In this document: in pieces, positions 24,491 to 37,057 of the stretch
Layout of the letters: each line of letters starts with the position of its first letter
Numbering within the stretch: position 1 is the first letter of the stretch
DNA from: Lama glama
Lineage: Eukaryota
Length of the DNA stretch: 64,000 nucleotides
Direction of reading: 5' to 3'
Assembly (NCBI GenBank): GCA_028534125.1
Contig: JAPYYK010000086.1
Span: 4,216,001 to 4,280,000 of the forward strand
Notes under the pieces: model-generated
What the model was told of the DNA's origin: nothing
Database searches by the model: none
Seen by the model: the letters and a program-made list of their open reading frames with translations, nothing else
Translations under genes and position numbers: made by a program

Positions 24491-27400
24491 CTAAGAACTA
24501 CGTTTGACCCAGCTTAAGCTTTGTGCCCACCCCTGTGGTCTTATTACAAAAGGAGACTAGGAAATGGGAGAAATCCTGCACAGATAACCACTGTCCACTC
24601 TGCAAGGTGACGCTGCACTGGGTCACTGACTTCAGTGGCTTGAGAACCAGCTCTGGTCCTGTATCTGTAACTTACAGAGAATAACAGTAGACCCTTTAGC
24701 CGGGAGTCTACTTTCACTATATGTGAAATGTCAAAAGTAAACACTGTGATTTGGGAGGTCATGGGCCTCTCTGAAAGCCTTGCAGAAGCTATGGACCCAA
24801 AAAGTGCATAGACACAAGAAAGTTCTAGTGGGTTCAACATCCTTCAAAGCTCATGTGTTTCAGGTCATAATCCTAGAAAATGAAATATCAGGCCTCTTCC
24901 AAGTTTGACACTTTATGATTCAATTGGATGGATCTGAGGGAGAAAAAAATGGAGGAAAAAAAAGGGATGTCGGGCAGTGGAGAGGAGACATAACCTAGAC
25001 GCTGTGTGCTCTGAAACCTGCCCCCTGGGCTGTCATCCTCTGCTATCCATCAGCAATAAAACTTACCCACAGACATTTTTATCATGTCCCGCTGGAACAG
25101 ATCAAAAAAATATGTATCAGGCAGGTTTATTTTCACACAGTTTCAATGAGTTGACAGTCTCTTATTCTTAACTGAAGTATGGTTTGGGCAATATCATCTC
25201 ATTTGCGACACAGCCCACTTTGAGCATCTGAGTGACAAACGGCTGATCTGTGGGCTGGTAAGTAAGGAAACAGCCATCGGCTGTGCCCTGTTGTTGATCG
25301 TTAACATGAATCAGTTTTACGTGACGCATCGTGCATCCTGGAGCAGAGAAGAGAGCGCCTCTGAAATGCAGGGGCTGACCCCACCGACTCCTCTAGGTGT
25401 CTTGGCCCTTAGACAGTTGGCTGCTTGTTCGTCCATCAGGAAAATGGGTCTCATTCCCTTTTATTAAAACATTATTCTCAAGAAACAAAAACACCTGGTT
25501 GCACCCCACAGGGATGGGGTGTTGGGGAGAGAGTGGGAGGTTGGCCTCACTCTGTTCTGTGGCCATAGCTGAGACCCCTTGCCTTAGACTAACCACTTTG
25601 CAAGTGTCCACGGTGGATTTTGTTAAGGATAGTGGGTGGGACAGTTTGGACAATACTCCTAGAATTAAAAAAAAAAAAAGTTGAAGGACAATACCTAACT
25701 GTGGCATCATCACAATTGAGAGTGTACTCATTCCCTTGTTCAAGAGTCACCTGTTAGGGGCCCAGAGTGCATTGGATGTGTTCTGAGATGACAGGCCTTG
25801 TTCCAAGACTCAAGAGTCCTATTCAAGTTGGGGAGATAAGACACATACCATGGAGTCACCTGGGTAACAGAGACAGGATTCTAAAGCCAGCACGAGAGGC
25901 CAAAAATGCCCAGAGTCAGCAAGGTCCTTGAGTTCCCAAAGAAAGTTATGGGCCATGTTGATGACCAACATATCTTGCTCAATGGATCCAACAGAGCCTG
26001 TTTTTCCAATAGTTGGAAGAAATCAGCAGTTCTTTGGTTGAGTACAGTATGAAGGAGTCAACTTCCCAGAAAGAGGAAAATTAAATCAAATTTGATGATC
26101 CTCAGTGCTATCTCTGCCTTGAGAATGATGATTGGTCCAGCCTAAGCCGAGTGCTACTGGTCATTAAAAGCAAAGGAGAGGTTACTTCCAGGTGAAATCA
26201 TTGAGATGGACCTCCATGGAGAAGGTGGAGTTTGCACTGATCCCAAAGGACGGTGAGATTGAAATATTTAGATATTGGGAGGATTGGGAGAAAGACATTC
26301 CAGCTAGAGGATATGATCAAAACAGGCCTAGAGCTGGCCATGTGTGCATGTGTGTCACAGAGGACAGCCATGGGTAGTGATGGGAAATAATGTGGAGCAG
26401 AAAATTGCATGGCTTGAGTACCACGCTTAGGGTTCTTCGGAGGATGTCAGGAGTCAGAGGAGGTTTATCAGATGGAGAGTAGCACAACCACAGTACTGGT
26501 GGCGGCATGTTAAAGTGTTGGAAGTGGAACGTTTGGAGTTTTGAAGGCCACTTAGGATATAATCAGCCTAGAGATATAAATCTGAACCAGTCAAGCTGTA
26601 GGAGGAAGGGGTGAAGAGGGGAAAGGTGTTCCATGGGGCTGCCTCTATGACCTTAGCAGTTAGCTTCATAAAGAGATGAGGAGAGAATGAGGAATCAGAG
26701 TTTCAGCTTCCTGTGTGTGTGTCTCCCCCAAGTAGACTGTCATGTCCTTCAGGGGAGGGACTGTATGTTCATCTCTGTATCTCCCGACGTGTCTAGCATA
26801 GTCCTTAGTTCAAAGTAGAAGCTCAGTAGATGTTTGCTGAATTTCATCCTGTCCCCAACATTTTTGCTGTCTGTTCCCAGAAACTCTGCTCCCTAGTGGG
26901 TAGAAGGTGGTTGATCCCTGTGATACAGCAAACCTAGGGCTTATCCTTTCAGGGTCATATTATCATGGGTGGTCCTCTCAGGTTGAGGCAGAGAAATGGA
27001 GGCAGCCATTGGTACTGGGTTACTGGACTGGAAAATCGATTTACTGGATGGGTAGCAGCTAGAAGGATGTCTACACTTCCAGTGTGTTTGTTGTTTGTTT
27101 GTTGTTTGTTTATTGCTTTTTAGTGATGTGGAATAAGAGGAAACTCAGAAACAGTCCAGTGGTCCAATGTTTCTTCCATTATAAACCTCCTCGCTGCTGT
27201 GGCTAGCCTTCCAGGCTCCTTGCTTGAAGATTTCAAAGATCAAGAGATCACTGCCCTGCTGTTACTGGATGATTCTGTTTATTTGAAAGTTCTGAAACTA
27301 TTAGCTTTCTCTTGTATGGTTTATATGTTACAGCTGCTGACCCCTATGTGCACATACACACCAGCCCGCCCACTGCCGCTTGCTTATGGTTGTGATCCCT

Positions 27401-30400
27401 TCAGGACCTAAGGTTCCTTAAAAATGAGCTAGAAGTCTATTTAGAAGGATCGTGAGAGAGCTTGCAGACTCGTCACATTCCCAAGGAACAGGAATCATGC
27501 TGCATTCATATTCAGGCCCGGCTGGGAAGGGAAAACTTTTACAAATATTTTTAAGCTGAAACTTTTTGATATTTGCATTAGCTTTCTTCCATCACCACAA
27601 CATTCCACGCAGCAAAAGAGACATGAATGGAGAGTCTGACTGGGGCACCATCTCATTCTTGGGCTTCCCTGGGTTAATAATACCAGATTAACTCAACTTG
27701 TGATTTGATAATCCAAATTTTGCTTGTTTGGTGTTGTTGGGGACAGAAGGAGAGAGAGAATGTAGAAAATAAGGGAGATTCTCTAAAGCATTTACTTAAA
27801 GCAGCAGGAAAGGGAGAAAAATCACAAAACCCATTATGTGAATCTACATTAATGCATGAAAATCCATCTCAGGCCCTTCTGTCTTGAGAAAATATCACAG
27901 GTCTTTGGCAGACAATAGGGTGAAGGGGACACATCACAGAGCAGTCATCTGCACCGACCAGCCCTAGAGAAAGTCGGCTGCTTCTCCCTCACCGCAGCTA
28001 TCACGTCTCCGTTAAGTGACCAGCTGCAAAGATGATCAAGACCGAACTTCTGCCTTAGGAAGTTAACAGCCCGAATTGTCAGGGTTTCCAGACCGTCCTT
28101 CCCCACCTTTCCAAGAACCTCTTTTACACACTCAGTGATTCTTCACTGTTCCTATGAAATATGGCATTTGGGGATCAAAACCAGTTTTTTTCTGGACTGA
28201 CAGGTTTGGAGGGTAGTGGGACAGAAAGTTTCCACATGTGTTAAATACAGTATGTTTATTATAAAACCTAAGAACCTGCTGGCTCATGATGAGCATATGG
28301 CTCACTCGAGGTCTCTAGTCAGATATCCTTTGTGCATTCATGCAATCTGCTTCTTTGGACTTCAGTAGAAGGCTGTATATGCATTCCCATCATATTTCTC
28401 TTAATGGTCTGGACTCTTGATTTGTAGTTAATTAGTATCAAAATCCTTTTAAGATGCCAGACCCAGTTTCTTTCTAAGCAAAGAGTAATCCTCTGGTCCA
28501 CCAAAGGTGAACTGATGCACTGTTGGAAGTCAGGCACTGTCAGTCCCAAATCACTCGCCATCCAGGGCTCTAGGTAACAAGAAGAGGTGAGATTAAACAC
28601 TGAAAAGAAAACCTGCAGCAATCTCTGCCTTTGTAGGAGAAAAAAAAAGTGGAACTCTCTATGAAGAATTTGAACGTTCCCATTCAGACTGTTGTAAGGA
28701 TATAAACCTAAATTCATCCATACAACACTGAATGGTTTGCTTAATATCTGGCATACTCTGCCCCATGCCTGCATCTGGAAGGAAATGGCATTTCCACGAG
28801 CTCTTTCAAGGAATTTAGTGCTCCGGAAGGAGCTATATTTTTCAGGAGCTCCCAAACTCACCCCTGAGGTACCATAAAAGATTAAGCTTGCCTCATTCAT
28901 GGGAAGTAGATTTTTTTTAAATCCTGATTTATTTCAAATTTGTGTAGTAAAGCATTCTGATCAGCCCCATGTGGATGGGAGAAACAAAGAGGAGAAATTA
29001 TGACATAGAAAATATTCTCTGAAAATTGTTTTCTTCTCCCATCAAGATGCAGTTCAACAATATGCAGATTAGGTGGTGCCATTGTAATTATGTTTTCTTA
29101 ATGTTTCCACAACAGCTCTGCTTTTGCCAGACTTCAGTATTTTAGCAGCATAATGGTCACTTTGGAAGGGATGAACACCCATTATATCTAGAAAAGGAAG
29201 ACCTTGGAAAATCAAATTCGGATAATGCAAAGAGTATACTTTCCATTGCTAATTTGTTTCAGTTATCTTAGCAAGGGAGAAAAAAATAGAATGCTCTCTC
29301 CAGGAAGAAAAAAAAAAGGATAAAATGCAAATGAATGATTAGAAGCAAATACAAATCCCTCAAATTCTAAACCTGTATTTAAAACCCGTCACCGGACCGT
29401 TGGACACCCAGGCTAGGTAGATCTCAGTGTATTTGTGACTTACCAACACGTGTGCCACGGGGTGCAAGTTCTGGGCAGTGTTAATAAATGCTAGTCTTTG
29501 TCAACTCCACTTGCAAAATGCATTAGCTTAAACAAAGTTAACCAAGTTTTATTCCTGTAGCAACACACTTTATTATGGCAGTATTCAAGAGTTGTCATCC
29601 ATGGCCAGAGAAAAGATGCAGCATTCCCGAACTATCTAGAAATGGAACCCTGTTTTATGGAGATGACAGAGATTGGTGTGCCAAGAAATACTCTCTGGGG
29701 AACACTGGTGACACCAGTCCCCGTTGTTACAATAATAAAACTGTAGCCCAGGAAATTAAAAGAGACTCTTCTGAAGTCACCCAAATGAGTCAAGATCAAG
29801 CTAGATAGAAAATTTCGGGCTCCCTGATGCTCAGCACAGCCTTCCACTCCCTCCAGCACATTCACTGCCCGCTTGTTTGGCAGAAGCTCACCTGACATTG
29901 ACACATTTATACATTTCTACTTTTTGGAAGATTGCAGAGTTTTTCTATAGGAAACAACAGATCTGTAATAGCATAGTTTATGTTTTTAATATCCTAAATG
30001 AATTTTATAGTTTAAAAAGTGCATCTCTACTCCTAGGTAATTGTTTAAATAGTTGCAGCCCTTTACAATGGGGCCCCAGACCTCATGGCCTCCTGGGCTG
30101 GGAGGTAACGCACATGCAACAGCTCAGCTGTAACCAACTGCTGCCTTGGAGGAGTCTTGTTTCTAGTTCTGATTTTTTTTCAGGGGAAAGCCAAAAGTGA
30201 GTTTTTATGTGAAACTCCTCAACCTTCAAATCTAGTGAGTGGTTCACATTTAAAAAAATAAAATAAATTGTTGGCCGGTTTTCAGGCTGCCAGTCTTCGT
30301 CTCTGTTTTCCACTTTGGAATTAGTCCCGTCCTCTCCCGTGACTCTGCAGGGGCAGCGCTGGGAGAGAGGCTCTGGGAATCCTTGGGACAGAGGCAGACA

Positions 30401-30569
30401 CTCAGCAGGTCAGAGCTCTTACCAGCTTCCTTTTTTCCAACGACCAAATGACACAGAAGAAGAGAGAAAGCCAGAGAGAGATGATCAGAGATAAAGAGGA
30501 GAGAGCAGTTAAGATCCTTGACACCTCCTACCCCACTTTTCTCTGTCTTTTTCTAATTTTTAATTCAGT

Positions 30570-31375
30570 TTTAGTAGACTTTATTTTTTCAGAGAAGTTT
30601 TAGGTTCACAGCAAAATGGAGTGGAAAGCACAGAGACTTTCCATACACCCCCAACCCCACACAGCCTCCTCAACTATCCACATCCAGAAACAGAAGGGCA
30701 TGTTTGTTCCAGCCAGTACACCTGCACTGACTCTTCATTAATCCCTGCTTTACATTAGGGTTCATTCTTGGTGTCATACATTCTGTGGGCTTAGACAAAT
30801 CTGTCATGACACATATCTGTCATTATAATATCACACAGAGTTTTCACAACCCTAAAACCATGTCTGCCCTGCCTATTCATCCTCCCCTCTCCCATCCCAC
30901 CACCCTCAGCAATCCCTGGAAACCACTGATCTTTTTTCCTTCACCACAGTTTTTCCTTTTCCAGAATGTCATATGGTCAGAATCATACAGTCTGTTGGCT
31001 TTTTTCACTGTGTAATAAGTATATAAGTTTCCTGCATGTCTTTTCATGGCTTGGGACTGTTTATTTTTGGCGCTGAATAATATTCCATGGTCTGAATACA
31101 GCAGAATTTATTCATTCACCTGCTGAAGGATATCTTGGCCCCTTCCCAGTTTGGGCGATTATGAATACTGCCATTATAAACAGCTGGTGCAGGTTTCCAT
31201 GTGGATGTTAATTCTCAGCTGTTTTAGCTAAACAGCAGGGTGTAAGATTGCTGGATCATAGTGTCATGTATGATTTTGTAAGAAATGGCCAGTCTGTCTT
31301 CCAGAGTGTCTGTGCCATCTGGCGTTCGACCGGCAGTGAATGAGAGTGCCTGTTGCCCCACAACTCTTACCTCGT
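30570..31375 (-). mobile_element. L1MC (L1MC1-like) 3' end
   Basis: agactttattttttcagagaagttttaggttcacagcaaaatggag...tacattagggttcattcttggtgt...ccctggaaaccactgatc...ttccagaatgtcatat. Confidence 0.85.
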
Positions 31376-32419
31376 TTAATATCTGATGTGACTTCCTGTA
31401 CTCAGCTTTCGAGGGATGTGTCCTCACCGAGTGACTTGGTGTGTGAAGTTTCTGCCTCAGGGGCTGGGTCTCAGAGTACCTAAGGGAGGAGAGCCCTTCT
31501 GCTGTTCATTGTGTGTTTGGTTCATTTTGAGGGCTGGATGTCGTCGCCTGACAAAGCAGGTTCTGGCAGGGGTCTGGCCACCGGCACCAGACCCTCACGG
31601 GCTCTCTGCCCGCATTTTCATTGGGAGGGATCCATTTCTTCACTACTGTTCCTGGAGGAAGTTGAGCAGCGTAGATTGCTAAAGATTTTCCCATCAGGCT
31701 TTTAAAATAGCCCAACCTGTAGTCTGAGAGCTGGCAAACGGAGCTGAGTAGAGCTATGGATAAAATTACAAAGTCCTAAAGCCTGGAAGATAGCAGGCTT
31801 CGCTTTTTAACTCCTGTAACCCTTCTCTTATGTAGCTGGGCTCAGTCACATGCAGGCAGAAGACAACTTTATCGTCTCCCATGACATGTTCGAACTCATC
31901 ACCTGCGTGAAATCTTGGTCAGACCTCAGCACTTTCAGGGGTCATGCTCAGATAATTATAAAATCTCCCCATCGCTTTTCATTCTCAAAACAATCTCAAA
32001 TCAAGGAATTAAAATCTTCATTTCAGTGCAAGGGTCAAAACTCTAAACTCTTATCTGATGGCAAGGATTCTCAGCTCCATTTCAGTACTGCTTTGAACCT
32101 TTTAGTGTTTTGCTGAAGACAGAGGTGATAGAGGGTGCCCTGTGGACTACTTCTTGGTCTCCTGGTCCTCACCAGCTCGTTTTCCCCTCCATGCCCGGGA
32201 CCAGGGGCTGGCGAGCAGGTAAAAAGGGCACAGTCTCACGTGGCTGGTGCTGCCGGGATTTGGCATCAGGACTCTGCACTTGGAGGATCTTTATATCAAT
32301 CTCTTTCTCTTTGGGGCATTTTTTTCTCTCGTTGGGTACTTTTGTATGTTTCTCAGTGATTCCAACTGCCCTGCAGGGACATTTCGCTTCATCCAGTCTC
32401 ATGAGATTTCCTTCTTTAG

Positions 32420-32630
32420 GCTTTGGAGTCAGACCACAGGGGTTTACATTGTTAATTGTGAATAAATTACCCAAACCGCCATGTCTCTCTCAGTTTCCCC
32501 ACCTGGAAACAGGATGATAATAGAATCTACCTCATAGGGCTGTTTATAAAGGATTTAATGAAATGATTAATGTAAAGTCTTTTAAACTAGAGCTTGGCAT
32601 ATATAAGATCTAGTAATAAATATTATTATT
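32420..32630 (+). mobile_element. MIR SINE
   Basis: ggctttggagtcagac...ctcagtttccccacctggaaacaggatgataatagaatctacctcatagggctgtt. Confidence 0.8.
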
Positions 32631-33294
32631 GTTAATATAATGTATCCATAGTTTGAAGGCAGTTTCTAGAAGATTGTTACCAGAGATACAGATTCATCGT
32701 CAAGGAAGCTGGGAACTAGCTACAAAGAATTCTAGTGTAGAGGATTAAGAAACACATTCTAAAGTTACCCGTGATATCCTGGTAAAGTAGAAGAACACCA
32801 GAGTCACTTTCAGGAGACCTGAGTTGTAGTCCTGGTTCTGATACCAACTGCCGTGAGTTCTTGAAAACTTATGTGTTCTACATCTAGTCTTCCTCCCTAA
32901 ATTTAGATTAAGAAACACGTTTTTGAGTTCATCTCTAAATATTGGCCAAAGTGTTCAATCCCCAGTGTCTTCCTCTTTAAAATGGAATTATCAGTCCGGC
33001 CCACCACAAAGTTTTGGCAAAGATCAAGCGATACCTCTGTCACGAGCACACCATAAACCCTAAATCCTTCACTCAGTCACTCAGCAAACATTTACTGGCC
33101 AGTGACGTTCCCAGATGCTATGAAACTGTAAACTATTGTTAACATCACCAGGAAGGAAGTAGGTAAACTCCAGTGTTTCTTGTAGCTTTAAAATTCTTGG
33201 AGTCAAATTATAAAAAAAGAAAAGAAAAGAAAGAGGAATCCTTCTCATTGTTCAAAAATAATTTGCACCCAGTAGCACGGAGAAACATCTAAAG

Positions 33295-33498
33295 TATCTC
33301 TGTCCAACCGAGCTTTCTGTGGCGGCGGAAGCGATCTGTATCTGCACTGACTGGTACGACAACCGCCAGCCACATGTGGCTGTTGAGTACTTTAAATGCA
33401 GCTGGTGCCACTGAGGAGTTGAATATTTAATTTTATTTTAGATAACATATTTAAATACCCCCACTTGGCTGGTGGCTCCCATACTGGGAAGCGCAGAA
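33295..33498 (+). mobile_element. MER3 (hAT-Charlie MITE)
   Basis: ctgtccaaccgagctttctgtggcggcggaa...agccacatgtggctgttgagtactt...gaatatttaattttatttta...ttggctggtggctcccatactgg. Confidence 0.8.
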
Positions 33499-34189
33499 TT
33501 CTAAGACCCATGGTAAAGGCTGGTACAGGAAGGAAAAAGACATGCAGGCCATGGAGTCTTAAGTGGAGAGACACGTTTGCCGCTTGGTAGGAGTGTATGT
33601 TTGCCTGCAGATATTTGGCCTTATTGTTTTTCAATATTAAACCTTGGAACTTGGATAATTGTGATTTGTCTGGAAGAGACTCCAGCTTAAATTGTAAAGA
33701 TTTGCCCACGACCTTGCCCTGAAAATGGAGTGGGGGAAATCCTCAAGCTTTCTGTTCTTATAGAGTATAATTATGCGTGTTTCATGAACTATGAAGAATC
33801 AAGGATTTACTAGAAAGTTTGCACTCATTGGTCCTTACAACAGGCATGCTTTAAGAGGCACTAAATGCAAACAAATGCATTTCCTCTAAGGGCACCGTGG
33901 GTGGGGATATGATAGTGAATGACCTAGAAAGCAGATATTAAGTGCCTCTGATTCTGTTCATTTTGTGAACCGGACACTGCTGGACGGCGTTAGAGGCAGG
34001 TAGACTCACAGATCCACACATGAAGCAGAAGGGCAGCATGTCTTTTTGAAAACAGATACCCTGCACTGCCTGGTGTGGCCAAAGGGGTGATAGACCCCAA
34101 GTTCTTCTCATGCCAGGCCTGGGGGCTCCCCTACTTCTGCAAAAGGGGTGACATTTCCCAAATGTATTAAAATGAGATAGACAGGAGAG

Positions 34190-34584
34190 GTGATGTGTGT
34201 ACAGAAAATACCCTTTGGCTCCTGCTCTCCTAGTCACACAGAGCACTTCTCTGACCTGATGCGCCAGCCTTTTCCCACACCAGCCAGTTATCTAACACCA
34301 GCTGGGTGTCCTACACTTCAGTTTGGTTCTGACACTGTCGACCAGGAGTTAGGGCAGAGCCCCCCGATTCAGGGTCCAGACCTATGAGACTGCCCCACTT
34401 AAGTTGCCAATCACAAGTCCCAGGTCATCAGCTGTGCTTGTGACCAACCAGCTATAAATCGGGGTTCCTGCAACCCTTGGGTTTGAGGACTTGCTAGAGT
34501 GGCTCACAGAACTCAGGGGAACATTTGAGGTCACCACTTTCGTACAGAGGGTGTATTCAAGGATAGAGATGAACAGCCAGATGG
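34190..34584 (-). mobile_element. MER21-like LTR, partial
   Basis: acaccagctgggtgtcctaca...ttctgacactgtc...gaccaaccagctataaatcggggttcc...ttgctagagtggctcacagaactcagg...gatgaacagccagatgg. Confidence 0.8.
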
Positions 34585-34910
34585 GAGAATCTGTTTCTTT
34601 GCCTTTTCCAGCTTCTAGAGACCGCCTGCGTTTCTTGGCCCATAGCCTCCTTCTTCCGTCTTCAAAGCCCATCAGTCTAACCTCTGCTTCTCTTGCCATC
34701 TCTCCTTTTTCTCCCTTTGACCCTCTTGCCTCCTCTTAGAAAGATGCTGGTGGTTAGATTAGGTCCAGCCAGATAATCTTGGCTAATCTCCCATCTCAAG
34801 AACCTTAACGTAATGATATCTGCAGAGTCCCTTTTACCGTGTACGGTAACCCAGTCACAGGTTCTGAGGCTCAGGCTGTGGATGTTTGGGGGAATAATTC
34901 TGCCCCAGCA
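34585..34910 (-). mobile_element. MLT1 (C/D-like) LTR, partial, fused directly to MER21
   Basis: gagaatctgtttctttgccttttccagcttctaga...atctcccatctcaaga...atctgcagagtcccttt...ggatgtttggggg. Confidence 0.8.
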
Positions 34911-34979
34911 TCATCAGCAGGGAACAAGCCACCTGGACGGGGAGATGTGTGCAGTCAGGCCCTCTCCGCGTTGCTGGAG

Positions 34980-35170
34980 CCAGTGGCTCTCTGTGTGCTC
35001 CCTGGACCAGCAGCATCAGCCACGTTGGGGAACTTGACGGAAATGTGCGTTCATGAGCCTCACCTCAGACCTGCAGAATCAGAAGATTCACAGGGGCAGA
35101 GCTCAGCAATCACTATTTTAATGAGCACCGGGGATGTTACTCACGCCCCGCCGAAGTCTGAGAACTGCTG
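34980..35170. mobile_element. MER5A (hAT-Charlie MITE)
   Basis: cagtggctctc..gtgtgctccctggaccagcagcatcagc...cctcagacctgcagaatcagaa...aagtctgagaactgctg. Confidence 0.75.
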
Positions 35171-35971
35171 GGCGAGGGGCTGGTGTGGGAAAGTCAAGGG
35201 CTGAGGCTATGCTCTTGGGAGCAGCTGTCTCTCCTTAAATCTTTGTCAAGGAGGAATGCCTATAAGGATGCTTATAGGTTAAATTTCTGTAAGATTTAAT
35301 CTCATTATGTATTTGTCATACTTACTTCTTGCTCCAAATGGGATTTCAGGTGGCTTACAAAATCCCAGTTATGTCATCTTAAGTCAGGGAGGTTTTAGTC
35401 CAGTTTTTGTTATCTCTGGGATATTTGTGCAGAGGAGACAGGATTGGAAGGAGAGGGCAGCGGAGGGCCCTACCCCCTCCCCTTTTCTCCCTGTTCTCTC
35501 TTTTACACCTCCCCAGGAGGAGCCTTGCTCATGTCAGTTATGCACCGATGAATATCATGTTGGAGGAGGCTGGGTGAAGTCTGAAGCCACTGATACACAG
35601 AAATAGAAAATGTTAGAATAAGAAGAGGTCTCCGAGAGCATGTTCCCAAGGCCCTCATTCTACAGAGGGCCTCCGAGGCCCAATGAGGTCACACCCAAGG
35701 TCACTCTGTTCACATGGAGAAGTTAGGATGAGAGGCCCTGATTCCTGATTATATGCTAGTCAGGTCGCACCTACAAGACAGAGGAAACCTATGAGCTGTT
35801 TTCACCCAACACAAAGAAACGTGACTAAAACAGGTTGACTCTGACCCACTCACATCTTCAATAAGGTTCCACACGTGAGGAGAATCAGTTAGCAAAATGT
35901 GAGATTCCTGTTATTGGCCCTAATGTTGGAGCAGAATGGAATTGAAATGTGTCTGAGATGTGTCCAGAGCA

Positions 35972-36214
35972 GGAGTGAGCAGAAGACATCATTATAGTTC
36001 TACAGAAACAAAAATCTTTCGAAGGCAAAGTAAGAGTTTTAGGAAATTAACAGGGTAGATGAGGCGATGGTTGCTGGGGTGAGTGGATGGGGGAGTGAGC
36101 AGAAGACATCATTATAGTTTTACAGAAACAAAAATCTTTCGAAGGCAAAGTAAGAGTTTTAGGAAATTAACAGGGTAGAAGATGGTTGCTGGGGTGAGTG
36201 GATGGGGGAGTGAG
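35972..36214. repeat. Tandem duplication of 120/115 bp
   Basis: Copy 1 at 35972-36091 and copy 2 at 36092-36206; GGAGTGAG occurs at 35972, 36092 and 36207. Confidence 0.95.
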
Positions 36215-36922
36215 GACTTGTTCATACAAAAGCGAGGACCAGGGGAAAGGGGTTTTCACAAGAATAATGTGAAAATCCAAATGGTAAATTATAAAGCCAA
36301 GCCAAGGAGTTCTTGCAATTTATAGGAATGAAAATATACAAGAAAAGTATATTCACCATGGCAAAGAGAGCTAGTCAAAGGGCAGAGAGAGCTAGCCTAT
36401 GAGTGAAGAGCGGGGTTTCCTTTCCTTTAAGCCAGGAGATGACAATGAGGAGGATTTAAAAGGAAAGTGTATGGAGCTGCAGGTGGGGCGGGACAAGGAG
36501 GGGGGTTGGTGAACCAGTGAAGAAGTAGGAGAAAAGTGTAGAGATCTGTCACCATGGTCTGACACCTAAAAAAGTGTATGCACAAGAAAAAAAAAATGTG
36601 AGGCTTTAAAAATAACCAAGAGAATATTTTCTCATTTTTTTCTTTTTCTTTTTCTTTTTTTTTGTCTTGGTGAGAGGAAATAAGGTTATTCTAGTGGTAA
36701 ATATGTTTTAGGAACTGATGAATTCAAATCATTAGCGTCTATATGCAGAGTCAGACCTGCATGTCAGAAGGGGTGCCAGCCCAACCAACATTAATTTTCA
36801 CAGGCAAGGTTGAGGAAAGTTTTCAATTTTAAAAAACTTAGTTGAGCATTTTTTAATGCCTTTCTTTTCTCATGGGCTTTTGTTTCTTTATTCATTAAGT
36901 AGAAAGAAATAGAAAGAGAATT

Positions 36923-36976
36923 TGTGTGTGTGTGTGTGTGTGTGTGTGTCTGTGTGTGTTTGTGTGTGTGTGTGTG
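36923..36976. repeat. Interrupted (TG)n microsatellite
   Basis: Read directly from the sequence. Confidence 0.95.
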
Positions 36977-37038
36977 GCACGAGCAGTTTTCAAAACGTCC
37001 AATTCCCCCATGAGCTCTCTGTAAATTTCAAAGACCAA

Positions 37039-37057
37039 ACCCGCCATCTGGTGGCGA
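37039..37057 (-). promoter_or_regulatory. Candidate CTCF site
   Basis: Minus strand TCGCCACCAGATGGCGGG matches the CTCF core CCASYAGRKGGCRS. Confidence 0.6.

Noticed and set aside
28319-28900. 193-aa minus-strand ORF
   Set aside because: No recognisable domain, codon bias or exon context; consistent with a chance ORF.
35972-36214. CRISPR-like or minisatellite array
   Set aside because: Only two adjacent copies, with no spacers.
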